Origin: Amoeboaphelidium protococcarum X5
Lineage: Eukaryota > Fungi > Aphelidiomycota
NCBI GenBank assembly: GCA_023515725.1
Contig: JALDTO010000150.1
Coordinates: forward strand, 1,797 to 65,796
DNA: 64,000 nt
Direction: 5' to 3'
The position numbers and the translations under genes were made by a program. The notes under the pieces were generated by a model, which was not told the DNA's origin, ran no database searches, and saw only the letters and a program-made list of their open reading frames with translations. This document shows, in pieces, positions 1-13,452 of this stretch (positions within the stretch are counted from its first letter, which is position 1; each line of letters starts with the position of its first letter).

Positions 1-855
1 CTAATTATATTACCTTCCTACTTACAATGTAGGTACCTACCTATTTATTTATTTTCTATCTATATACTTACAATGTAGGTAGGTAGGGTATCTATGTACC
101 CCTTGATCATTATTACCCCTATATATCGCGCGTATTCTAGTCCTTTTGTGGTCGGTGCCCTGTTCGCACATCCCACCTATGATGTTCGTGATTAATCCGA
201 CACTATATTTAAAGGTTTATCCGGTAATCCTTTGTTAGCGACTGAGGCCAAAAGAGCTGCCGCCTTTCCAGTCTCTAAATTGTGGCACCATGGTTCTCGC
301 GGGATCTAAACGCTTTGCACTTTATATCGCACTGGGTGTCCCACTATACTCTACTCGTAGAAATGTTTTAAAGTGTTCGTTGAGAATGATAGTCGAGATG
401 CGATATTCGCCTGGCCTTTTGATAGCGGCAATTCTAATTAAAATGATGAGCCATACTCTAGAGAAAGGGTGGCGCGTTCTTATACTCTCCAAGTCATGAC
501 CAGTGTCATTATGCAAGTAATTACGATATGCTTGCTGGCTTGTGGAGAAGACGATTTAATCTCTTCCTCGAATCCTATGGCTGTGGAAGCTGTTAAGATG
601 AAACCAAAAAGGTAAATTATATCTTTCGATAATACTGACTTTATTCTCAATTGAGATGAAAATATTTTTCACACTTCAACCTAAGCCACTCGGATCAGTG
701 ACCTCTGAACCGACAACCGAAGCTCTGGCACACCAACCTTCACATAATGATCAAGGGGGTACATATCTACCTACTTACCTACATTGTAACTATATAGTTA
801 AAATTGAAAAAATAGGTAGGTACCTACATTGTAAGTAGGAAGGTAATATAATTAG
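1..855. mobile_element. Element bounded by ~110-bp imperfect inverted repeats (non-autonomous DNA transposon / Pack-type element); left end may extend beyond the window
   Basis: Bases 1-46 (ctaattatattaccttcctacttacaatgtaggtacctacctattt) are the exact reverse complement of 810-855. Imperfect similarity continues over 47-113 versus 744-809. Each arm has two copies of ttacaatgtaggta. Confidence 0.7.
94..654 (+). CDS. 186-aa ORF inside the inverted repeats, PD-(D/E)XK nuclease-like fragment; possibly a captured pseudogene
   Basis: Open from ATG 94 to TGA 654 with TAR=Gln. Contains DQSDTIFK...LLATEAK (D...ExK pattern) followed by WHHGSRGIQTLCTLY and FKVFVENDSRDAIFAWP. The ATG lies inside the left repeat arm. 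Confidence 0.45.
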
Positions 856-1288
856 AGTTCTAAGTATTTAAAAGACTTTAATGGCATTATAAAATGTTGA
901 GTTGAACAATTTAAATAAAGTCTATTCGTTCATGATTTCAATACTTAAACTCGCGTCGCGTATCATTTGCCATAGTCCAGGAGGTGTATTGAGTGAAGAT
1001 GGCAAAGCGCTTACTACGACGCTATGACACTAAGATGACATCTGGTTCGGGAGCAGTACTGGACCATCAAGCCCATGGGTAGTGCCAACTTCGATGCTGA
1101 TACATGTTGTTGGATAATGGACGTGTAGCCACTTCCAACCGTTTCACAAAGAGCCTGAAATTCCCGGAGAATGTAAACTGATGAGAAACATTCAATTGTG
1201 CTATAAAATTGGATCTAAAGTTTAAAATTAAAACTTCAACACAACCAAAAGTTTTAATACCATTTATATATCAAAAATTCAAAAAATA

Positions 1289-1361
1289 TGCTCGGTACAG
1301 GGATCGAACCTGGGACCTCAGCGTTATTAGCACTGCGCTCTACCGACTAAGCTAACCGAGC
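1289..1361 (-). tRNA. tRNA-Ile (AAT)
   Basis: GCTCGGT/ACCGAGC acceptor stem, anticodon arm CAGTG-CT-AAT-AA-CGCTG, GGTTCGATCC T-arm, T6 Pol III terminator downstream. Confidence 0.95.
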
Positions 1362-1933
1362 AAGGGGTGATTTCGTAATTCAGATGAAAGTGTCCATTTT
1401 ACTTTGTAATATTTTAAAGATTTTGACATTAAATTAAACCAATCGTATCTTTGCATTCTTGACATACTACTGGACTAAACAACATTCAAAAAATATCTAG
1501 AGCTGGCGTACAAGACAAATGAAGTTGTATTTATAATAGACCACTCGCGTATAAAGCACTTATTGAATCAACTTATTACTGCCAATCCAACTTCATATAG
1601 TCACATTCAGCCATAAACTCATCTATAATAAGAACCATTAGAGAGCTTTTGTACAGCTTTTTCAAAATGTTTTAAAGTTTAACACAGTCTAAACGTACCA
1701 CGGCGCGAACAAAAGTCATAGACAAAGTGTTAATCTTTAATTAAATACATTAATGTCTAGTAATTACTTGCGCGTGTTCCAACGGATATAAAGTCAAGTA
1801 GGACGAAAGACACTCAAAATTCTACCAGTACTTATCATAAAATAACTTGGTGGTCACAAAACTATATACAAATTACAACTTTATTCATCCAGAATACTCA
1901 CACTATATACCAACTACGATAAAAAATTAAAGG

Positions 1934-2962
1934 TCAGTTCAAAAAATGAACAATACCAGAGCTAGCATTTGCGTCAAAGACAAAAGCATTCCTGATAGGA
2001 CAATCCTTTCCTGACAACAATCTCAGCAAATCCTGTGCCAAAATACCACCCAGAATTGCACCAGTTGTTGGTTCATCGCGTTCAACACTGTTCTTTATGG
2101 ATAAAAGTAGATCCGCATTAAAGTACTACTCAGGAATATTCTTGGCCTTCACATACTCTTCAATGAACTGATAGCACTTGGATTCATCTAAATCACGCAA
2201 AGAAGAGGCGACATCGCCTTGAACATTTTAAAACAGAATCTGAAACGCGCAAAACAACGGCGACACGACGCGTGAAACCTTCTTGGCGGATAGTGGCACT
2301 GTCTGTGATGGTAATCTATAGTCCAAGAGCTGCTGCAAGGATGGCCATTGTGTTGTATGATTCGTGTTCACTTGAACCGCCTCTTGATCTTGCTTTAGTT
2401 ACTTGCTAGTCGAGTAGTATTAATGCACTTTCGATCCCAAGTCATTAAGAATCCAGCCGCAATCACCCAGTGTGCAAGCAGAATACAGGGCCACATTCAA
2501 AGGTCTGGTCACATCATCCAATCGCACCAACTGGGACCAATTAGTTGCACCGACCAAGACAATTACACTAAATTATGCCACAAATTGGGCATCAAAAATC
2601 AAAGCATCCGAGGCATCAGTGATAACATTGCACTTGACGCGATGATTAAGCTCATTCAAGTAATCTTGCAAGTATTCAGCAATGAACTCATGCTTGCGGT
2701 CCTGGCCATCAACACCACTCAGAATAAAAGTACTTGTGGACTACTCACAACCATCAATCTTCTACTAACTGAGCAAAGTAATACACCCAACACCGGCTAG
2801 TGCAAGATTCTTCAGAGTTTCACTAGCCAAGTTGGACTTTAAATCACCACAGAGCAATGTGGAGGAGCTTCTCAGTTTCTACTATCCACCTAGGCCCCAC
2901 AGTCTTATTTATCGATCATACAGAGCTGCCTCATCAGCTGATATCTACTATTCCATCGTCAT
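1934..2962 (-). CDS. SAE1: SUMO-activating enzyme subunit 1 (Aos1/SAE1, ThiF family)
   Basis: ISADEAALYDRQIRLWG (Q encoded by TAA), ETLKNLALAGVG, C-terminal PTTGAILGGILAQDLLRL; 343 codons ending in TGA. Confidence 0.88.
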
Positions 2963-3174
2963 GTTATCTTAGGAAGGATCAGTGCCTAGAAAAGTGCTCA
3001 ATATATACAGTGTAATAAGCTTAAGTAGAGAGAAGCCAAAGCAAGAATTCGACGCGATGTCCTTCGAATTAATTTTTCATCTTTGTCGTCACGCTGAAAG
3101 AAGGTGTAAAAGAGAACTTTCTTTGCCTCTCTGGAGTAAATCGGACAACTAGAAACTAAATCCCATACTCCATT

Positions 3175-3752
3175 ATGCTTAATATTACTAAACTACGTTC
3201 AACTTTGACTCTCCGCAATCGCGATTATGGTCGCTTCATGTGTAAGTTAACCATCTGATCATTAGACTTCAGCTGTCATATATTTTTTAATGTAGCAAGT
3301 GTTAAAAAGTTCACTCTCGAGCATGAGTGGATCAGCGTGGACAAGAGCGAAAAGATTGGAACTATTGGCATCACTGATTACGCGCAGAAGGCACTTGGAG
3401 ATGTTGTGTTTGTTGAAGTTCCACCTGTCGGAAAGCAGCTAGAGTAGAAGAACGTCCTGGGAGCGGTCGAGTCTGTGAAGGCAGCCAGCGACATTTACAC
3501 TCCAGTCTCTGGCAAGGTGGTGGAAAGCAATACAGAGCTAGAGTCATCGCCGTCCATGATCAACAGCGATCCTGAAGGTGAAGGTACGTTTCTAACCGGG
3601 GGCATAGTTAGTGAAAACTTTTGTAAATTGTCCTATTTCCTGTAAAGTGTGTAGGTTGGATGGCAAAGGTGGAGTTGAGTGATCCATCGTAGCTTGATCA
3701 GTTGTTGGACGCGGCGGCGTACAAACAACATTGTGAGAGCTCTGAAGATTGA
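3175..3752 (+). CDS. GCSH: Glycine cleavage system H protein, mitochondrial; introns 3242-3295 and 3584-3654
   Basis: HEWI...[22 protein letters not shown], lipoyl-Lys motif [27 protein letters not shown]; Arg-rich presequence. Confidence 0.95.
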
Positions 3753-3797
3753 AAGCGTTATAAGTGGATAAGATAATGAATAAATATACATTATTGT

Positions 3798-6700
3798 TCA
3801 TGTAAACATTTGTATGGCATTCTTGAGAGAAATTGCTTTTAGTTCTTTTAGTACTTTCAGCTAAGATTGAGGATACATGACTTGAGACTGATCCATTAGA
3901 GTCTAATAGGCATACATGGCTTCATTCAAATTGTAAGCAGAGTAATCAGCAGTGTGGCTGGAGATCAACTTTGCGATTATTTTCTCTTTTGTATCGTAAT
4001 CCTTATACCTTGGTTCATTTACAAGCTGTAGTGCCAGACGAGAACTCAATAATTGCAATTCTGCATCCCCTTTCAACGTCATTTATAACAGTGTTTCCAC
4101 TTCTAATGATGCAGACTCAAAATCTTTTATTTACACATTATACCAACCTGTGAGTATCAACTTGATCAGCTATATTCTCTACTTGTCAAAAGGGAGAGCA
4201 ATCACACGATTAATCAAATCATCAATGACACTGAGCCATTCATACGCCAAATGGCCGCTACGCTCATTAATATTAGCTCCGCACTTGAACAAAATCTCGT
4301 CCACTACTCTCTAAACTTCAAGTGAATACTATCCAAACTCAAATGCGTATGGTTACTTTGACTTGTTAATTGTAGATAGCTTTTAAAATAAAGACTTGGC
4401 AGCTTTCACATCTTTGCAGCAGATATTCGATAGATGATCTACTAAATACTCAATTCCATCTTTATCAAATTAGAGCTGACTCAAATGTCGCTGCAGATCA
4501 TTCACAAGCAAGTCAGCATAGTACAAAGTTTAAAGACGCACTTTTCCACGTTCTAGCATAGTTAATATTTAGTCTTTCAGTGACAACTTATAAAACTTGT
4601 CCAGTTACAAAAACAGATTCTTATCAGGCAATTCAAACACATCCACGTCTTTAAACTCTACAAGCTTCATATCATAGAGATAATCACCTATTAATCTCAA
4701 ATCTCGATTCTACTCTCCACAAAATTCCAAAGCGATGCTTGTACAATTAGTCACAAAGTCCATAAGCAGACTTCTCTTTTAACAATTCTAAATGATTAAT
4801 TCTTCTAAATTATTACCATCAGACTACACATTATCTACATTGAAATGTTTCTAAAGTTACAATTACTACTTAATCTAATCATATTCAACCCAATCTTTAT
4901 CACGAAAGTTTAGAGGAGCATCCCGGTACGCATAAACTAGAAGCTGAGAAGAGTCTAAACTGCTAACTTCTGGCAGGTGATCGACAATAGATAGCAAATC
5001 ATCAACAGAGATATCACTTTTATGTCTGGTCAACAGTACGCAAATCGATTCTATCATCTAACGCTCAGCCATCCAACGAGCTATACTTTACAGTGATAAT
5101 TGATTCCATTCAGCATACAACTGAGGGAATGTATAATCGGACATAACCAGCTTAAATTCGGGCAATCTCAATAGACATTCCAAAGTTTACAATTTATCTA
5201 AACGGCGCAAAAGACAAAATCTTTACTAGCAGAATGTCAATAGTCTAAGCTCATTATCAGATTAATCTCTAATCAGAACAACTTTATCTAGTCGTGATTA
5301 TAAGTCTGTATCACCATCAGAAGAGCAGAGTTCATCCAACACATTGGTAAGGCTAATTCCATAATTGTATAGATATAATTAAGATTCTACATTGTGACAG
5401 ACTGTAGATATACATTGTTAAATCTACCAATGAACATCTAGAATTCTATGCAACACTCTCTTGATCAATTCAACGTCTATAATACGAGTATTCATCCACT
5501 AATGTTTAAACACTAAATCATAGCTCAGACCGTATTACTTAGTTATACTCAGAGCCTCCTCATACTGACCGAGTTATAATTTACTTTGCACAATATTCAA
5601 CGGCGTAGTCTCGGTAATTGAAGTCAGTTTAAAATGACGACTCTCAACACTGACTATACGTTCAGGAAGTTGAGTGTCAAATATCTTGAATCCAGTGACA
5701 AGGTTCAGAATCTATGCCAGTGGATAAAGCAATTACTAAGCCAGAAAACTTTCATTTCGCCTCTTTTCAACTACAAAAATTCTAATAAAATACTATAAAA
5801 AAGTTATATATGGTTAATGACTAAAAATCTCACCTTTCATACTAGGTAGATATTGAGTAAGATTAACACTGAAAAAAGTGTGTTAAAGTTAGCCAGAAGA
5901 AATGTGCTAGAAGAACAGGAAAGGCGCGCGAGATATCTATACGCGTTTCATCGAAGGCAATAACGCGTGAGTAAGATAAGGAAGGACGAACAAGATATAA
6001 AAACATGCTGATACTACTATGTTAATGAGTATCATTACTCCAACTTTGGTTTTGATGCAGATTTTGAGAGACCACCTACAATGTTGCCTTATGAGTCAGT
6101 CTTTACCTTGTGAACTATGAAACTCATTTCAAGCACTAGCATCTCTGACCGCGACGCGTCATTATGATCTTCGTTATTCACCACGTCGATCATTTAATGT
6201 GAGGTAAATCTAAACTATTCCACAACTTCAAACGGATCGCCAGATTCTTCCAATCTCAACACGACAACATGGCCACTTTTAAACTGTAAAAGTATCTTCT
6301 GCTTGCTATACCACCTAGCATTGATGATACAACTGTCAACTTTACATAGGCTTTGCACTTCGTCAAGTTTAATACATTGCAATAAGGCATCATCTAGCTA
6401 TTCATGCTTCAAACTGGTATTATAAACTTGCAGACTTCCATCAGCAGAGAGTGTAAGTAGATATGAATTACAATTATTATAATCGACACTGACTACACAA
6501 CTAGCATCACCAATACCTTGGTCATTCGTCCTTAATTTAAACAAAGATGTAAAATTGAGTGACTGAAGCCATGAACCTCTCAACTACGTATCATCTTCAT
6601 CATCATTAACTTTGTACAATGGCTGTAAGAATGGCTCTATCATAAGAGGTTTGAACACTTGAATATGATCTCTATAGTTAGTTCCAGCTACAGCAATCAA

Positions 6701-7570
6701 TTGTTGATCAGACTCAGACTTAATTACACGTCCGCACAAGACATTCGATAGAGAGGCGACATTGAATGAGTGGTGATAAGCTATATTCTAACCGGCGTCT
6801 GCCTACTGCCTAGAATACTTTTCAAATAACACAGAAGATTTACCATCCAATTACTCGCTTTATCGAGCATACAAGTAGTAAAACTCTAATTTACCAGACA
6901 GAGAACCTAGCACTAACTCATATCTAAACCGACGCGATTAATACAATGATCTGCCATTTACATGAGGATCCATCCAGTCAATAAATACAATTAAACTGTC
7001 TCTATCAGAAGGCTTGTTTTATTCTTGAGCATTTAAATCAGAATGCTAAAGGTAAAACACCAGCTGTTACTGATCAACGTTAATGATATCGACAGAACCA
7101 TCGCAATAACTTATGGCGAGCAATTAACCATCAAAAGACCACTTCATTCGACGCAACTCTAAAAAGTTACGCTGAGGTGAGTGCACTTTAACTTCAAAAC
7201 TCTGAGCACTATCTCTATCCCATATTAAGACATGATCATCCATCAACACCGCCACATGCTAACCATTAGGACTCGTAGCGACTTGCCATTGAGTTTTGAT
7301 ACACAGACTCTGCGCCATCTACAAACTTATGTCATACTATCGCGCTATATTCACCTCATTTCCCTCAATATTTATCTACTTTGTGCTAAGGCCAGTAAAA
7401 TAATAAAGTAACAGCTATAGAGTTCGAAGTACAAGTCGAAACAACCATTAAAATCCAGAGACGGTAAGCTTTTGACTTTTGAGTTTACGGTTTACCAACT
7501 CTTACAATCTGCCCAAACTATCATCTGGTCTCCATTCCGCTATTAATTCCTTATTACATAATTAGGCCAT
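3798..7570 (-). CDS. NBAS: NBAS/Sec39-family protein (~1240 aa); one intron ~5771-5833
   Basis: N-terminal propeller segment WQVATSPNGQHVAV...RRMKWSFDGQLLAISYCDGSVDII and block ETTPLNIVQSKLQLGQYEEALSITKQYGLSYDLVFKHQW, both resembling NBAS; continuous only with TAR=Gln. Confidence 0.75.
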
Positions 7571-8108
7571 ATCGGAAGTATTACAATAAAGCTTGACTTT
7601 AAACCGGTAGAATGAGTAATGAGATGATAATGTTCTTACCACTCTATTGAGAAAAGGATGGACGCGATTCACGAAATCCATCGCTTTTCGGTCGCTTTGG
7701 TTTAAAGGCCAAAGTGGCGATGGCATATCTTTTCTACTCATCATCAATATGAAAACGCGTAAAAAATATTATTTAAGAACTGCTGTGGTTTATAATCAAT
7801 TACATAGCACTTCTAGCTAAAAGTCAGATCCTACATGATTACACATATAACCCCAGCTCTTCGATTTCTCCCACCCACTTGATCTCAGGATCTTGTGGTC
7901 CAACGCAATCAAATTGGGAAGATGAGAAATGGTTTGTATGATAGGACGCATGTACTTTAACTTGTTTATTATTATTGACAAAAACATTTCTATTTTCTTT
8001 ATCATCATCATCCCTTTAGCTTGAAATTATCATATTTAATTAAGGATCTAATTCTACGCGTCGAGGCATAAGCAGACACGATTGAAAGACGCGTCAGATT
8101 TTACGATT

Positions 8109-9122
8109 TCATCGGGCTAAAGCAAGGGCCGTGATGATACATGCCAGTACTATAATTCCTAGGATGAAAGCTGTGAGCTAATATCTCTGAGTATACCAAG
8201 GACGACGCCAAGCCTTTGTAGAATCTTCATATGAGCATGTGATATCACGAACAGATTCGAGCTTGTGCAAAGTGATTCTCTGGTTAGTCATCATTCGGTT
8301 AAGACGCTTCACCAAAGGTTAAATGTCGTTTGAATGATGGCTCACAGAAATAATAGACTCAGCTTTTTCTTTATTCACCAAGGTAATAGCTGACTGGGTG
8401 TTATGATCAGCTTAAATGCCATGTGAGATCGCTTAATCCTGCTGCATTTATACAATATGCACTTGCTTAATGTCCTGATGGTGGGAACTCTTCTCAACTA
8501 TTTACCGCTGCTACATTTTCTGTCTCCTTTACTCTTTTCTCTCATCTTCAGATAGCGGCAATTTGTGTTGGCGAATCTATTCAATAACTTTCAATCTCAA
8601 ATGTTGAAATCGCTCGCATTACTCTTTAAATTGCTTTGACAGTCTTAGCTCTTGCTTCTTCATTTCAATGAGCTGAGGATCAATATTACGTATTATCGCC
8701 AGTTAATCTTGGCTAAAGGTAATCTTTTGGTGTCCGTCGCTCTTGATATCAGTAAGCTAGACTTGATCATCATCAGAGATGATTTCCATTGATATGCTCT
8801 CAAAATCGAGATTGTTCATGTCATCAATACCAAGATCCAACTAAGCATCAGTCATTGCGGTGAGATCAATAACGCTGATGCTCAAATCTTTAATATTGGC
8901 AACAGTTTCAAGACACAGCTAGTTTACAGAATGTCGCATTTGAACAGAGTCTATCTAATCAGCTGCTCCTGTAAAAATACCGAATTTTGGCAGATTACTT
9001 TCAATTCTATCTATCTAAGGACGCAGTTTATTCGTTATGTCATACTGTGTTTATTCAAAGAGCTTCTACCATTTATTTTGGAATATTGAATCGGACAATT
9101 AAGTGAAATCTTGCTGTGCCAT
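8109..9122 (-). CDS. Tail-anchored coiled-coil protein, divergent syntaxin-like
   Basis: 338 codons; helical N-terminus with GAADQIDSVQMRHSVNQL; C-terminal TM AFILGIIVLACIITALALAR-stop. Confidence 0.5.
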
Positions 9123-9306
9123 ACTGACTTTACACTTATAATTAAGTTGTTTCAAAAGTTTAAAAAACAGCTGAAAGAAGTTGAAACAGAGATTGTTTGA
9201 TCTCGGCAGTGATGATAAAAATATCTCAGTCTACATGACTGCGGGAAATGTGGTTGAAACGATACTTAGATTACACACTATCAAAAGTAATTTATAATTC
9301 TTATTG

Positions 9307-9545
9307 TCAATTAGTCATAGACATGCGACCATTGGTAGTCTTATGGTTTGAATTGTTTTCAGTAACTCCTAAAACATTCAAATCAGATTTCAGATATTGG
9401 GCACAGTCAGCTCCATCTTCCATGGCCACATCATAGTTAAATCCCAGAAAAAGATCTGGAATATCATAGATGTCGAGCTTTTCTGAGCACAACTGCAATG
9501 TTAGTAGCGATATATTAATAAAATGAAAGTCAATAAAACGAAAGC
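9307..9545 (-). pseudogene. Partial duplicate of the adjacent I9 inhibitor domain (pseudogene or alternative 3' exon)
   Basis: YDIPDLFLGFNYDVAMEDGADCAQYLKSDLNVLGVTENNS aligns with YTTPDFFLGYAYDVPKENGTASVIYLQSDPNVLLVENNS of 9615-9995; no own signal peptide or first strand. Confidence 0.5.
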
Positions 9546-9614
9546 TAAAATAGTAAATCAAACTCAAACAGTACAAGGTATTCCATTTCAATCAATCAGC
9601 TTCATATTCATCAC

Positions 9615-9995
9615 TCAATAATACGCTTCAACTCCAGTGCTCTAGATAGTGACAATCGAGTTGTTCTCCACCAGTAAGACATTCGGGTCACTCTACAGGT
9701 AGATCACTGAGGCTGTGCCATTTTCTTTAGGCACATCATACGCATATCCCAAAAAGAAATCCGGCGTCGTGTAATTATTAATCACGTAGCTACCAAACTT
9801 CAGTGTGATATTATACTGAGAGGACTCAATATACGTCCACTGAGTGGTATTCTGAAATTGTACGATATAAGAGCTGTTGACAGAATTCTACTTGATATCT
9901 TCTTCAGTCCATGTGCGCGGAGGATAACCTACCATTCCATACACTGCAGACACAACGATCAGCACTAACATGCATAAAGACTTGATGTGAATCAT
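9615..9995 (-). CDS. Secreted stand-alone peptidase inhibitor I9 (subtilisin propeptide-like) protein
   Basis: Signal peptide MIHIKSLCMLVLIVVSAVYG; SYIVQF...FLGYA...LQSDPNVLLVENNSIVTI; 126 aa. Confidence 0.7.
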
Positions 9996-10323
9996 TTTTT
10001 CTAAATAAAAAATAATCAAATTCAATCAACTAAAAGTGGTTACAGTAAAGGAAGAATAAAGTGGTCACGAGATTAAAGGAGGGGCCATTCTGATTCAGAG
10101 TCAGTTGATTGGTCCATTTTGGGTTAGGCCGCATTCGACTTTAACCAGTTTGAACACCTGTACCGCACTATGATTGATGTTGTCAAAAGTAAATTGAAGC
10201 TAAATAATACACGAGATTAAAATAAATTACAAACACAGTTTTACCTACTATAGTGAGTCATTAAACACCTTACAAATTTATTCAAATTACGATTCATACT
10301 TCAATTACAATACTTAAGAGCAT

Positions 10324-10887
10324 TCAGTTGATGGACATTACTTAATCCTGTTCGACAGAAGACACATCACTACGCGATTGCAGTAAATGCATCAACTTTA
10401 TACCAATTTGATCATTACTTTCACTCACACTTTCACCATTAAATGATGAGGATGTCGGAATGGTATAGCTGAAGCCGAGCAGAGATTCATACATGTGCGT
10501 GATAGTGGCCTGATATTTCTCTTTCAATTCCTCAGCAGTTTTTTTCACAGTTTCAAGAGGAGTATCAGATTTAAACATCACTATGAACGACTGTTATTGA
10601 TTAGATTCTTGACTGTTTCCATCAAGTGGTGTATCCATATCAGCTAATTAAGATTACGTGTCAGCATCAGAGTCCGCTTAGAAAACAGAAGATTTCTTAT
10701 GAGATGAGCTCAGCAATAACTCCTACTGATCATCTTGCTTATTACCACTAGTGGCGTACAAAGCTACACCGATTAATGCCAGCAGTATCAACAGCAAATA
10801 CATTGCTCGGCGAGCTTGATAACCATTCGCCTATTTCAATTACTATCTGTCCAAAGGCTTATACCGAATCTGAGGCTTATTAATCAT
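10324..10887 (-). CDS. Type II membrane-anchored I9 inhibitor domain protein
   Basis: TM MYLLLILLALIGVALYA, then SFIVMFKSDTP...ITHMYESLLGFSY...LQSRSDVSSVEQDQVMSIN-stop (VEQDQ requires TAA=Q). Confidence 0.75.
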
Positions 10888-11102
10888 GATTATTGGTTTT
10901 GCAATAGCAATACGTCAAAGATTTAAATACTAATGAATAATTGCTTGTTTAACGATTTAAATAGCGACTTGATAAAAGCCAAGGAAGAGAGAAATTGAAC
11001 TGCTCTGATTCGCTCGCAGAAAAGCTTGGAATTGAAGATCGTGTCTTTAACAATCGTTATAACGTCTCATCATTGTGCAATCGACATTTATATTGGAGCG
11101 AT

Positions 11103-12239
<1,137 letters not shown>

Positions 12240-12884
12240 CTCCGTGGTTTACCGAAGAAGCGCGTACTTTTCGTGACTTGGACATTGTAGTAGATTGAAA
12301 ATCATGAAGTTTTCTGAAACGGATGCGATGTGTTTGAACAGTAGTAGGGGGTAAAAATTTTTTTTATTATAAAGTTACAACACTGCAGTGAGTATATTTT
12401 TACTACTCACTACTATAATCATAATATTTAAAAATATAGACGAATGCTGTTAAAAGCATTCACTCGAATATTCATCAACATCAGTATGGTAAGCTGACGC
12501 TTCTTACATTTATATTTGGTTAAGTAAATACATTATGTAGCAGCGCAATTTAGTGTCTTCATTGCATAATATTTGCGTTGTAAGCACACGCGTCGATCAA
12601 GTATCAACAGCTGACTCTGTGGGGCTTAAATGATCAACATTGTTTCAATTGCGCGCCTCTCTCATCATTGACATCTCGAATAGGCAAGTATCTGCAGTGT
12701 ATATGCGCGCCTCTTATGGACATTGATTTCTTTCACTTTACGTGTTAATAGAGTATTCATCTTATTAACATATTTTATCTTCCTGTACTCCTGTTGGTGT
12801 CTCTGTTTGACTATTAGTCTTGGTATATAGCTTCTCGTCTTGTTGCTATTGTATATATAGTCTGTCCACGGTGAAATCTTCATC

Positions 12885-12956
12885 CCTCCAATAGCTCATC
12901 GGTAGAGCGCTTCACTAGTAATGAAGAGGTCCTTAGTTCGATTCTGAGTTGGAGCA
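12885..12956 (+). tRNA. tRNA-Thr (AGT), with C1:C72 mismatch
   Basis: D-arm GCTCATCGGTAGAGC, anticodon arm CTTCA-CT-AGT-AA-TGAAG, T-loop TTCGATT, T-run downstream; acceptor stem CCTCCAA/TTGGAGC. Confidence 0.88.
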
Positions 12957-13452
12957 TTCTTTCTTTTTGTTTGGTACATCATCATCCATATTCTGATATC
13001 TGTTTTGGATATATGAAGGCGTCTTTACTTTACAATCGATAGTGATGGCAATCCCTTGAAAAAATTTACATTGTGAAACATTCTAATATCGTCGACGAAA
13101 GCATTCATTTAGGTACATTGATCGAGCAGACTGAATTGCCGGTCAAATTCACTTGGACACGGTTCCCCATATGAGTTGTGCGGTAGGTACATCGTGCAAA
13201 CGAGAGGCAGCACGCGTAGTCAATCAAATCTCGTTGTTTTGCGTGGCAGCGTTTGATTGGGCAGGTAGTAACGTCGATTGCCCACGTAGTACCTCGAGTT
13301 TGTAATCATATGAACTAGAGTGTATTTAAAAAATTACATCCGATAGCGTCCTTCTTCTTCTTACAATTATTTAATTTGGAAAAGAAGCATCATATCTTGT
13401 GCTAATCTTTCAATAACAATAGACTTATAGAAAATCTTTCCATTTGATCAAT

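Noticed and set aside
930-1200. Possible gene fragment beside the inverted-repeat element
   Set aside because: Only short frames with no recognisable motif; I cannot support a call.
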